DNA from: an uncultured bacterium
Lineage (GTDB): Bacteria > Patescibacteriota > Minisyncoccia > Phycocordibacterales > UBA9973
Direction: 5' to 3'
NCBI GenBank assembly: GCA_903869825.1
Contig: CAIQAL010000038.1
Location: forward strand, 1 to 59,332
Length of the DNA stretch: 59,332 nt
How positions within the stretch are numbered: position 1 is the stretch's first letter; each line of letters opens with the position of its first letter. The notes below the pieces were generated by a model. The model had not been told where the DNA came from and did not search any database. It saw only the letters and a program-made list of their open reading frames with translations. Below, piece after piece: positions 36,838-45,027 of the stretch. The translations under genes and the position numbers were made by a program.

Positions 36838-37518
36838 ATGGAAGAAATAATTATAATTTCACTTGGTGGATCGATTATCATTCCAGACCAAATAGATAAA
36901 GGTTTTCTAAAAGATTTTAGAGAATTAATTTTGGCACATGTAAAAAAAGGAAAAAAATTTCTTATTATTACAGGAGGAGGAAAACTTTGTCGCAGATATC
37001 AAGATGCGGCAAAAGAAATTTCGAGCGTATCAAATTATGATCTTGACTGGATAGGGATAGCTTCACTGAAATTGAATGCGGAATTATTGAGAGTTGTATT
37101 TAGTGACTATGCTTGTCCGAAAGTCGTTTTAAAATTATCCGAACCTCTTTCTTTTGATAAGCCGATAATCATTGGGGCTGCCTATGAACCTGGCCAAAGC
37201 ACCGATTGGGATGCAGTTTTGGGAGCAAAAAATGTTGGAGCAAAAAAAGTTATTAATCTTTCCAATACCGATTATGTTTACAACTCAGATCCGAAGAAAA
37301 ATCCAGAAGCAAAAAAAATCGAAAAAATATCTTGGGCAGATTATCGAAAATTAATTCCCACAGAGTGGAATCCGGGACTCAATTCTCCTTTTGATCCAAT
37401 TGCTTCTAAGCTGGCCGAAGAAGCAGGAATCGAAGTAGTAATTTTGAATGGTAAACCAATCGACAATTTGAAAAATTGTTTGGAGGGGAAAGAATTTCAA
37501 GGAACCACAATTTCATGA
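36838..37518 (+). CDS. pyrH: UMP kinase, archaeal-type
   Basis: IIISLGGSIIIP, ITGGGKLCRRYQ amino-acid-kinase-fold motifs, about 226 aa. ATG 36838 lies 1 nt after the adk stop. Confidence 0.75.
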   Translation: MEEIIIISLGGSIIIPDQIDKGFLKDFRELILAHVKKGKKFLIITGGGKLCRRYQDAAKEISSVSNYDLDWIGIASLKLNAELLRVVFSDYACPKVVLKLSEPLSFDKPIIIGAAYEPGQSTDWDAVLGAKNVGAKKVINLSNTDYVYNSDPKKNPEAKKIEKISWADYRKLIPTEWNPGLNSPFDPIASKLAEEAGIEVVILNGKPIDNLKNCLEGKEFQGTTIS

Positions 37519-38282
37519 TAATAATAAAAAACAATGATGAAATAGCATTGATTCGAGAAGCTGGGAAACGGCTCGCTTTTGTTTTGTACAAAACTGCGGA
37601 GAAAGTTGCTCCAGGGATTTCCACTTGGGAGCTTGATAAATATGCCGAAAAATTAATTACCGAGATGGGAGATTATCCAGCATTTCTCAATTACAAACCC
37701 GACGGAGCAAGTTATGCTTATCCAGCGTCATTGTGCGTTTCGGTGAATGATGAAGTAGTTCATGGAATCCCAAAAAAAGATAAAATTTTAAAAGTAGGGG
37801 ACATTATCTCACTCGACTTAGGGCTCAGACATAAAGGATATTTTGCCGACATGGCGATAACGGTGCCTGTAGGAGGAGTTAGTGCTGCTTCTTTGAAGTT
37901 GATAAAGACCACCGAGAAATCTTTACAAGTTGGGATTGAGGCGGCTAGGGCGGGAAACAAAATAGGGGATATTGGGCACGCAATAGAGAGTTTTGTTCGA
38001 CCACATAAATATGGGATTGTAGAAGTTCTGGCTGGGCACGGGGTGGGGAAAGCAATCCACGAAGATCCTTTTATCCCGAACTTTGGAAAAGCTGGAACTG
38101 GAACAAAGCTTGTTCCCGGGATGGTAATTGCAATTGAACCAATGTTAAACAATGGCACGAAGCACGTAACCTTGGACGACGATGATTGGACTTTTCGCAC
38201 TGCCGACCGCAAAAAAAGTGCTCACTTTGAACATACGATTTTAATTACCAATGGAGACCCAGAAATACTAACTCGAATTTGA
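37515..38282 (+). CDS. map: Methionine aminopeptidase type I
   Basis: Metal ligands in DIISLDLG...FADMA, HGVG, IEP, EHT. The ATG overlaps the pyrH stop (ATGA). Confidence 0.95.
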   Translation: MIIIKNNDEIALIREAGKRLAFVLYKTAEKVAPGISTWELDKYAEKLITEMGDYPAFLNYKPDGASYAYPASLCVSVNDEVVHGIPKKDKILKVGDIISLDLGLRHKGYFADMAITVPVGGVSAASLKLIKTTEKSLQVGIEAARAGNKIGDIGHAIESFVRPHKYGIVEVLAGHGVGKAIHEDPFIPNFGKAGTGTKLVPGMVIAIEPMLNNGTKHVTLDDDDWTFRTADRKKSAHFEHTILITNGDPEILTRI

Positions 38283-38305
38283 TTTTTATTGTATGTGGAT
38301 TACCA

Positions 38306-38367
38306 TATAGCAATGACACTCGGACAATAACAAATAAATTTGTTATTGCTCCTCGTTTATTGCTATA
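38306..38367. repeat. Nested inverted repeats upstream of the 919-aa ATPase gene
   Basis: Outer arms TATAGCAAT (38306-38314) / ATTGCTATA (38359-38367). Inner arms CAATAACAAAT (38325-38335) / ATTTGTTATTG (38338-38348). Direct repeat TTATTGCT x2. Confidence 0.7.
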
Positions 38368-38369
38368 AT
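38361..38369 (+). promoter_or_regulatory. Extended -10 TGC-TATAAT, 7 nt upstream of ATG 38377
   Basis: TGCTATAAT at 38361-38369. A possible -35 TTGTTA (38340-38345) lies inside the inner palindrome. No SD. Confidence 0.45.
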
Positions 38370-38376
38370 TGAATTA

Positions 38377-41136
38377 ATGGAAGGGACATTCTTAAAAGAG
38401 ATGCCAAAATTTAAGTCTCCGGAAGAGGAGCTCACTTATTTGCGGGCTCATATCGAAAAAAGAGAACAGGAGCTAAAGGCAACAGGTCATTTTGAGCACA
38501 CTGGCGATGTTGTTACCAAAGAAGTTCTTTCAAAATATAAAGAAGTCCCAATTACCGAAGTAATACACAAAAACATTGTACTGGGTAAAAAGGAAACTGA
38601 AGGGATCGTCTTGAAATTAAAACCTGAAGCGCACGATACTATTATGGAAGAATTGCTTGGACTCGTAATAACCAAGGGAATAAAAAATGCACTTTCGGTG
38701 GCAGAGTCAATGAATAATCCGCATGTTGACGATGACTTTCAAAGATTGTTGATTCAATATATTAAAACAGGACAAACTGTTCCCGACCTAAAAGAGGGTA
38801 CTCCTCTTTATCGAGCACTTCATATGACGCTTTTTGAAATTACCTTACCTCCACCAATAGACGAAGCCGATAAACAAAAAGGGTTTAAAGAGTTTATAAG
38901 CGCGATGGAGCAATTTTATGCTGGGATGAATTCTATTTCAGAGGGGAACAATAACGAAAGGGAAAATTATTTTACCCTAGAAGTTGCGCTCTCGTGTGCT
39001 AGCGACGAGGTGGTGATTTACGCAGCGGTGCCCGATAAACATATTTCACTTTTTGAAAAACAAGTTCTGGCTTTTTATCATGATGCTAAAATCAAAGAAG
39101 TGCCAGATGATTATAATATTTTTAATGAAAAAGGTTGTTCGGCAGGAGCGTATGGGAGTTTTACCGAACGAGGGGTGATGCCTATTAAAACTTACGACAA
39201 TATTGAACACGATCCAATGAATACCATACTGAATGTTTTTTCCAAATTGAAAACTGTCGGAGAGGGAGCAGCGATTCAGTTTGTGATTGCCCCAGCCGGG
39301 AATTCATTTATCAATGAATTTCATAAAATTTTGGATGATGTCAAAGACGGCACTTCCGTTAAGCATGCGGATGATAATTTTTATAAATTTAGTCACGCTT
39401 TTTTAAAGGTTTCGAAAGAGCTTATTTCTGGGGTAAATGAACAAGAGGAGAAAAAAGAAAAATACATGAAAGGTAGGCGAGCGGTGGACGAAGGAGCTGC
39501 CGAAAAGATTAGCAACAAAGTGAAAAGCTCTATCATGAAAGCCAATATTCGGATTGTTGCTTCGGGAGACGACAAACAAAGAGCCCAATCCATTTTAAAA
39601 GAAATTGAATCTTCTTTCAACCAATTTACCGAAGCTGCTTCAAATAGCATTCTTTTTGAAGAATTAATTGGAAGCGATTTGAAACAACTTTTTCACGATT
39701 TTTCATATCGCACTTTTTCTCCTAATAAAATTTTACCAATGAACTTGAAGGAACTTTCTTCGGTATTTCATTTCCCGGTTGGCATTTCTGGGCAAGCGCA
39801 ATTAAAGGAAGCTAAATCAGGAATTGCTCCAGCTCCGATTGAAATGGGCAAAGAGGGAATTTTACTTGGCATGAACGACTATCGAGGCAGAGTGACCGAA
39901 GTTCGAATGGCTCGTGAGGACAGAGTAAGACATATGTATGTTATAGGGCAGACCGGTACCGGTAAGACGAACATTATGCTTAATATGATTACCCAAGACA
40001 TTAAAAATGGCGATGGTTGTTGTTATATTGACCCGCACGGCACGGATATCCAGACAATCTTGTCTCGTATCCCGAAAGAAAGGATTGACGATGTTATTTA
40101 CTTTGACCCGGCTTATACTGCTCGGCCAATGGGACTAAATATGCTGGAATTTGATCCAAAGTACCCGGAACAAAAAACTTTTGTGGTGAATGAATTGATG
40201 GGTATTTTCAATAAACTTTTTGATATGAAAACTTCCGGTGGCCCGATGTTTGAACAGTATTTCAAAAATTCTGCTTTTCTCATAATGGAAGATCCCGAAT
40301 CGGGCTGTACTTTACTTGAAATTTCCCGGATACTCGCGGATAAGGAATTTCGGGATATGAAATTGGCAAAATGTAAAAATCCAATTATTAAACAGTTTTG
40401 GATTGCCGCGGAACAAACTACTGGAGATCAGTCGCTGGCAAACTTCGTACCTTACATCACTTCAAAATTTGATAACTTTATTTCAAATGATATTATGCGT
40501 CCAGTGGTGCTTCAAGAGCATTCGGTATTTAATTTCAGGGAAATAATGGACAACAAAAAGATTCTTTTGGTGAATCTTTCCAAGGGGCGCTTGGGAGAAA
40601 TGAATGCGAATTTGATTGGGCTAGTTCTAGTAGGGAAGATTCAAATGGCTGCACTTTCTCGAGTAGATATGTTTGGGCAAAAGATGAACGATTTTTATTT
40701 ATATATCGACGAGTTCCAAAACGTTACCACTGATTCCATCGCTTCTATTTTATCGGAAGCAAGAAAATATCGCTTATCCCTTAATATTGCGCATCAATAT
40801 ATTTCCCAACTTGAAGAAGGAATTAAAAATGCAGTTTTTGGAAACGTCGGATCTATGGCGGTATTCCGAGTTTCATCCGAAGATGCCGATTTCTTGGAGA
40901 AAAGATTTCAGCCAACATTCAAAGCAGCCGATATCATTAAACTCGACAACTATAATGCATATATGAGCATGCTCGTAAACGGTCAACCGACCAAGCCTTT
41001 CAATATTGTCACCTTAGCGCCAGAAAAAGGGAACCCAGAACTTGTGCAAAGTTTAAAAGAACTTTCATACTTGAAATACGGCCGTGACCGAGAAGAAATC
41101 GAGAGCGAGATTATGGCCAAATACGAAAAGCAATAA
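38377..41136 (+). CDS. VirD4/TraD/TraG-like (type IV coupling protein family) P-loop ATPase with uncharacterised N-terminal ~500 aa and no TM segment
   Basis: Walker A GQTGTGKT (39946-39969), YIDPHG, LYIDEFQN, ARKYRLSLNIAHQYISQL...GSMAVFRVS, typical of the TraG-D_C/TrwB family. The N-terminal half has no recognisable motif. Confidence 0.55.
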   Translation: MEGTFLKEMPKFKSPEEELTYLRAHIEKREQELKATGHFEHTGDVVTKEVLSKYKEVPITEVIHKNIVLGKKETEGIVLKLKPEAHDTIMEELLGLVITKGIKNALSVAESMNNPHVDDDFQRLLIQYIKTGQTVPDLKEGTPLYRALHMTLFEITLPPPIDEADKQKGFKEFISAMEQFYAGMNSISEGNNNERENYFTLEVALSCASDEVVIYAAVPDKHISLFEKQVLAFYHDAKIKEVPDDYNIFNEKGCSAGAYGSFTERGVMPIKTYDNIEHDPMNTILNVFSKLKTVGEGAAIQFVIAPAGNSFINEFHKILDDVKDGTSVKHADDNFYKFSHAFLKVSKELISGVNEQEEKKEKYMKGRRAVDEGAAEKISNKVKSSIMKANIRIVASGDDKQRAQSILKEIESSFNQFTEAASNSILFEELIGSDLKQLFHDFSYRTFSPNKILPMNLKELSSVFHFPVGISGQAQLKEAKSGIAPAPIEMGKEGILLGMNDYRGRVTEVRMAREDRVRHMYVIGQTGTGKTNIMLNMITQDIKNGDGCCYIDPHGTDIQTILSRIPKERIDDVIYFDPAYTARPMGLNMLEFDPKYPEQKTFVVNELMGIFNKLFDMKTSGGPMFEQYFKNSAFLIMEDPESGCTLLEISRILADKEFRDMKLAKCKNPIIKQFWIAAEQTTGDQSLANFVPYITSKFDNFISNDIMRPVVLQEHSVFNFREIMDNKKILLVNLSKGRLGEMNANLIGLVLVGKIQMAALSRVDMFGQKMNDFYLYIDEFQNVTTDSIASILSEARKYRLSLNIAHQYISQLEEGIKNAVFGNVGSMAVFRVSSEDADFLEKRFQPTFKAADIIKLDNYNAYMSMLVNGQPTKPFNIVTLAPEKGNPELVQSLKELSYLKYGRDREEIESEIMAKYEKQ

Positions 41137-41143
41137 AAATAAT

Positions 41144-41677
41144 ATGGAAGAAGAAAATATTCCCGAGTTTGGAATAAAAAGAGAGAACGAAGAACGACGC
41201 GATGGGGGTTGTGGAATTGTGTTTGATCCAGAAACTCAAAAATATGCCGTGGGATATCGTAGTGAAGGAGGGTTGTTAGGACTTTTTGCAGGGGGAGTGG
41301 ATGATGACGAAGATATTCAAAAAGGAGTGGAAAGAGAAGTGGTCGAAGAAAGTGGACTTCACAATTTTTTATATATTGAAAAAATCGGCATAGGTTTTGC
41401 ACATTATTACAATGCACTTCGTAAAGTAAACAGAGTTACAAAATCTACCTGCTTTTTATTTATTTTAAAAGATATCGATTTAGTTGAGATTAAACACGAA
41501 GAACACGAAAAATTTGTTTTGGCTTGGGCCACAACTGAAGAAATATTTTTGAACTGGGGATCTAGGAACAAAGAACACAACTTAGACCATTGGTTGTATT
41601 TTTTCAAAAAAGCGGTCAGAAAAGCCAAAGCATTAGGGTACGATGCTACTAGCAGCTTAAAAAATTTGGCCGAATAG
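41144..41677 (+). CDS. NUDIX hydrolase
   Basis: Nudix box GGVDDDEDIQKGVEREVVEESGL (Gx5Ex7REUxEExGU). ATG 41144 lies 7 nt after the upstream stop. Confidence 0.8.
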   Translation: MEEENIPEFGIKRENEERRDGGCGIVFDPETQKYAVGYRSEGGLLGLFAGGVDDDEDIQKGVEREVVEESGLHNFLYIEKIGIGFAHYYNALRKVNRVTKSTCFLFILKDIDLVEIKHEEHEKFVLAWATTEEIFLNWGSRNKEHNLDHWLYFFKKAVRKAKALGYDATSSLKNLAE

Positions 41678-41682
41678 TCATT

Positions 41683-41710
41683 TTGAATTTTAGCCGAAAT
41701 CTGATAATAT
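41683..41710 (+). promoter_or_regulatory. Promoter TTGAAT-16-TAATAT upstream of ndk
   Basis: -35 at 41683-41688; -10 at 41705-41710. Confidence 0.45.
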
Positions 41711-41741
41711 AAGTCTATTATAATTTAATAAAAAAAGATAA

Positions 41742-42326
41742 ATGAAACATCCAAAAGAAGAACAGACATATGTGATGATAAAGCCGGACGGTGTTCGTAA
41801 AGGCTTAATCGGAGAGATAATCAAACGTTTTGAACAACGTGGACTCAAGATTGTGGCTCTAGAAATGACTCAACCATTGTATGAACAAATGGACAACCAC
41901 TACCCAAAAAATGAAGAATGGGTTACTCGGCTCGGAGAAAAGACAAAAGCTACTTATGATAAATATGGATATGACCTAATGACTGATTTTGGTACTGCTG
42001 ATACTTCTAAGATTGGTCCAGAAGTTCGCAAATGGGTGATTGATTTTATGATGAGTGCGCCAGTGGTAAAAATGATTGTCCAAGGAGTCCACGCAGTGGA
42101 TGTTGTCCGAAAAATTGCCGGAGAGACTATGCCTTACAAAGCAGCAATGGGAACAATCCGAGGGGATTATTCAATTGACTCTCCAGCTCTCGCCAACAAA
42201 GAAAAGAGATCAGTAATGAACGTAGTTCATTGTTCCGAAACCCCCGAAGAAGCGGAACACGAAATCAAACACTGGTTCGGAGACGTCAAATCTTACAGCT
42301 ACAAACGTTTTGGAGTTGATGAGTAG
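41742..42326 (+). CDS. ndk: Nucleoside diphosphate kinase, long form with internal insertion
   Basis: YVMIKPDGVRKGLIGEII..FE..GLKI, GTIRGDY, NVVHCSE (active-site His). About 40 extra residues between the Kpn-loop-side elements. Confidence 0.85.
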   Translation: MKHPKEEQTYVMIKPDGVRKGLIGEIIKRFEQRGLKIVALEMTQPLYEQMDNHYPKNEEWVTRLGEKTKATYDKYGYDLMTDFGTADTSKIGPEVRKWVIDFMMSAPVVKMIVQGVHAVDVVRKIAGETMPYKAAMGTIRGDYSIDSPALANKEKRSVMNVVHCSETPEEAEHEIKHWFGDVKSYSYKRFGVDE

Positions 42327-42367
42327 ACTTGTTTTTGCTCCAAATTCGTGTTTTTCTTGAAAACTTA

Positions 42368-42395
42368 TTGCAAAAATTTAAAGATAGAGTAGAAT
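42368..42395 (+). promoter_or_regulatory. Promoter TTGCAA-16-TAGAAT for the ncRNA candidate
   Basis: -35 at 42368-42373; -10 at 42390-42395. Confidence 0.5.
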
Positions 42396-42400
42396 TTAAG

Positions 42401-42561
42401 TAGGGTTATTTCCAATTATTACCTAGAACAATAATTTTTGGGAGCTTCGATCTTCTGTGGCTTTGGCTTCATAAGTCTGGCACCCACCTAGCTTTAAGCT
42501 ACGGTAATATATTGGAAATAGCCCTAAAAAAGATTCTGTCCTCGGACGGAATCTTTCTTTT
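42401..42561 (+). ncRNA. Structured ncRNA candidate of unknown class (6S-like rod, or cis-leader of the downstream membrane gene)
   Basis: 5' strand 42403-42423 pairs with 42503-42524 (21 bp, one bulge, one G-U). About 75 nt of pyrimidine-rich interior. Ends in terminator 42531-42554 (10-bp stem, CUCG loop) plus TTTCTTTTT. No ORF. Confidence 0.55.
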
Positions 42562-42609
42562 TAAGAGACATTTTTACTCCGAATTTAGATAATGTTATAA
42601 TTATATATA

Positions 42610-43008
42610 ATGATAAACAGAAAAAAATTTTCAATCCGGGTTATTTCACTCATTTTTTTTATTTTAGCACTTGACGTAATTGCCAGTAAATTTCATTGGT
42701 ACTTCACTATTTGGTGGTTTGATATGCCAATGCATTTTCTTGGGGGGATTTGGGTAGGACTCGCTCTGCTTTGGTATTTCCCCCTAAAAAGTCTTTTTTT
42801 CAAAGAAGTTTTTAAAATCATTTTTGGGGTATTGATAGTTGCTATTTTTTGGGAGATATTCGAAATACTGGTTGATAAAGTTATCGCTCAAAATCCATTT
42901 AATGCTCTCGACACGCTCTCCGACATTTTTTTTGGCATGGCAGGAGGAGTTGTTTCCATTTTCTATTTTTTTCGAAGAATTATGATTAAAAGGGAATCTA
43001 AGGTATAA
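42610..43008 (+). CDS. Small integral membrane protein (4 predicted TM), unknown function
   Basis: 132 aa, hydrophobic segments, W/F-rich, HFLGG and WEIFE motifs. No family recognised. Confidence 0.5.
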   Translation: MINRKKFSIRVISLIFFILALDVIASKFHWYFTIWWFDMPMHFLGGIWVGLALLWYFPLKSLFFKEVFKIIFGVLIVAIFWEIFEILVDKVIAQNPFNALDTLSDIFFGMAGGVVSIFYFFRRIMIKRESKV

Positions 43009-43016
43009 TATTTCAA

Positions 43017-44381
43017 ATGGCAAGCGTAGTAAAACTAACTTTTTGTGGAGGAACAGGCACTGTAACAGGTGCGAATTTTTTATTGGAGGTGGACGGCAAA
43101 AAAATATTAGTAGATTGTGGACTCACTCAAGGATTAAAAATGGCGGATGATATAAACTGGGACCCTTTTCCTTATGACCCAAAAGAAATAGACATACTTT
43201 TTGTTACTCATGCTCACGTAGACCACTTGGGGAGAATCCCGAAATTAATCAAAGAAGGATTTCGCGGAAAAATTTATTCTACTTTGCCGACCAAAGCTCT
43301 GGCCTCACCAATGCTTGAAGATACTTCTGGAATTCTTTCGAAGAATAAAGAACATAACTTGAGTCTCATTTATACCGAAGAAAATATCAAGCTCGCACTT
43401 TCTCTTTGGCAGGGATATAGCTATCATGAAGAAATAAAAATTGCCGAAAATGTAAAAGTCATCTTCAAAGATGCTGGGCACATACTCGGTTCTGCAATGG
43501 TTGAGTTTACCATCAACAGCAAGAAGATAGTTTTTACCGGGGACTTGGGGAATAGCCCTTCGATGCTACTACCGGATACTGAAAAGGTTACTGATGCAGA
43601 CTATCTGATAATGGAGAGTACTTATGGAGATCGAAACCACGAATCAAGAGACGACCGAAGGAAAAACCTTGAAATTATCATTGAAGATAATTATAAAAGA
43701 AAGGGAACTTTGATTATCCCGACATTTTCACTTGAACGTTCTCAGGAATTACTCTTTGAGCTAAATGAGTTAGTGGAGAATGATCGGATTCCTAAAATGC
43801 CAATATACCTTGATTCACCACTTGCGATTCGAGTGACTGATATCTTTAAACAATTTAAAAGTTATTTTAATGAGAATGCTCAAAAAGCAATGGTTCACGA
43901 GAAGCACATTTTTGATTTTCCGGGCTTGCATGAGACTCTTCGATCTGAGGATTCAAAGTTAATTAGTAATGTTCCAAATCCAAAAGTGGTGATTGCCGGG
44001 TCCGGGATGTCTTCAGGGGGAAGGATAGTTCACCACGAAAAACATTATTTGCCTGATCCGAACAACACGATCCTTTTAACCGGATACCAATCGGTAGGTA
44101 CGCCGGGACGACTTATTCAAGAAGGAGTAAAGACAGTCCATATTTCTGGAGAAGATGTAATTGTTCGAGCTCATGTTGTTACTATTACCGGATATTCTGG
44201 ACACAAAGATTCTGATGGACTAATTAATTTTGTGGAAGATGCAAGCGAGATGTTAAAAAAAGTTTTTGTTGTGATGGGAGAACCAAAGTCATCTATTTTT
44301 TTGGTCCAAAAATTACGCGACAATCTTGGGGTTGATGCCTGTGCTCCAGAACGGGGAGATTGTGTCTCGCTTATTTGTTAA
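43017..44381 (+). CDS. Metallo-beta-lactamase / beta-CASP family ribonuclease (CPSF/RNase J-like)
   Basis: HAHVDHLGRIP (HxHxDH), GDLGN, ESTYGDR, GYSGHKD beta-CASP motifs. 454 aa. Confidence 0.8.
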   Translation: MASVVKLTFCGGTGTVTGANFLLEVDGKKILVDCGLTQGLKMADDINWDPFPYDPKEIDILFVTHAHVDHLGRIPKLIKEGFRGKIYSTLPTKALASPMLEDTSGILSKNKEHNLSLIYTEENIKLALSLWQGYSYHEEIKIAENVKVIFKDAGHILGSAMVEFTINSKKIVFTGDLGNSPSMLLPDTEKVTDADYLIMESTYGDRNHESRDDRRKNLEIIIEDNYKRKGTLIIPTFSLERSQELLFELNELVENDRIPKMPIYLDSPLAIRVTDIFKQFKSYFNENAQKAMVHEKHIFDFPGLHETLRSEDSKLISNVPNPKVVIAGSGMSSGGRIVHHEKHYLPDPNNTILLTGYQSVGTPGRLIQEGVKTVHISGEDVIVRAHVVTITGYSGHKDSDGLINFVEDASEMLKKVFVVMGEPKSSIFLVQKLRDNLGVDACAPERGDCVSLIC

Positions 44382-44408
44382 TTTTAAGTATAATAAGTAG
44401 ATAACTTT

Positions 44409-45017
44409 ATGGATATTTTATCTTCAACTTCAAAAAACCCTTATGAAAAACATGGGCATAATCAGATAAAAATTTGTGTTTCCGGAGCAGCAGACACTGG
44501 ACACTGCGGACTTGGAGCACTTGATATGGCGAAAGAACTAGGACGGGAGATTGTACGACAAGGAGCCGTTTTGGTCACTGGGGCAACTACCGGTTTCCCA
44601 ATGTGGTCTGCGATGGGAGCTAAAGAAGTAGGGGGCCTTTCGATTGGTTTTTCTCCCGCGGCCACCGAACGAGAACACGCAGAAGTATACAAATTACCGC
44701 TTGATTATATGGATTTGATAATATATACCGGCTTTGGCTACCCTGGACGCGATTTGCTCTTGACTCGCTCGGTAGATGCGGTAATCTGTGGTTGTGGGCG
44801 AATTGGAACGATTCATGAGTTCACGGTTGCTTTTGAAGATCAAAAAGTTATTGGCATATTTGAAGGACCTTGGGAAATGAGCGGAGAGCTTGAGGAAATT
44901 TTAGCCAAGAGTCATCGACCATATGATAAAGTGGTAGTCGGGAAAAACGCAAAAGAACTGGTGTCCGGAGTGATTGCGATGGTCAGGAAAAACAAAGAAG
45001 CAGAATACAAGATTTAA
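44409..45017 (+). CDS. TIGR00725-like LOG/SLOG (Rossmann, lysine-decarboxylase-like) family protein
   Basis: ICVSGAADTGHCG...LVTGATTGFPMWSAMGAKEVGG.SIGFSPA...GGRIGTIHEF pattern. Confidence 0.55.
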   Translation: MDILSSTSKNPYEKHGHNQIKICVSGAADTGHCGLGALDMAKELGREIVRQGAVLVTGATTGFPMWSAMGAKEVGGLSIGFSPAATEREHAEVYKLPLDYMDLIIYTGFGYPGRDLLLTRSVDAVICGCGRIGTIHEFTVAFEDQKVIGIFEGPWEMSGELEEILAKSHRPYDKVVVGKNAKELVSGVIAMVRKNKEAEYKI

Positions 45018-45027
45018 CCTAAGTAAC

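Noticed and set aside
37516-37518. Possibility of an alternative genetic code (UGA or UAG reassignment, as in some CPR lineages)
   Set aside because: TGA (pyrH, map, the DHOase gene), TAG (recG, ndk, the Nudix gene) and TAA all terminate conserved proteins at their expected C-termini. No conserved gene needs read-through.
42401-42561. Considered calling the ncRNA candidate an SRP RNA, T-box, tRNA-like element or RNase P RNA
   Set aside because: It has no GGAA/GNRA-capped helix with the AGCAGC-type SRP domain IV motifs and no T-box (GGTGGTACCGCG-like) sequence. It has no cloverleaf, and it is far too short for RNase P. The class is left open.
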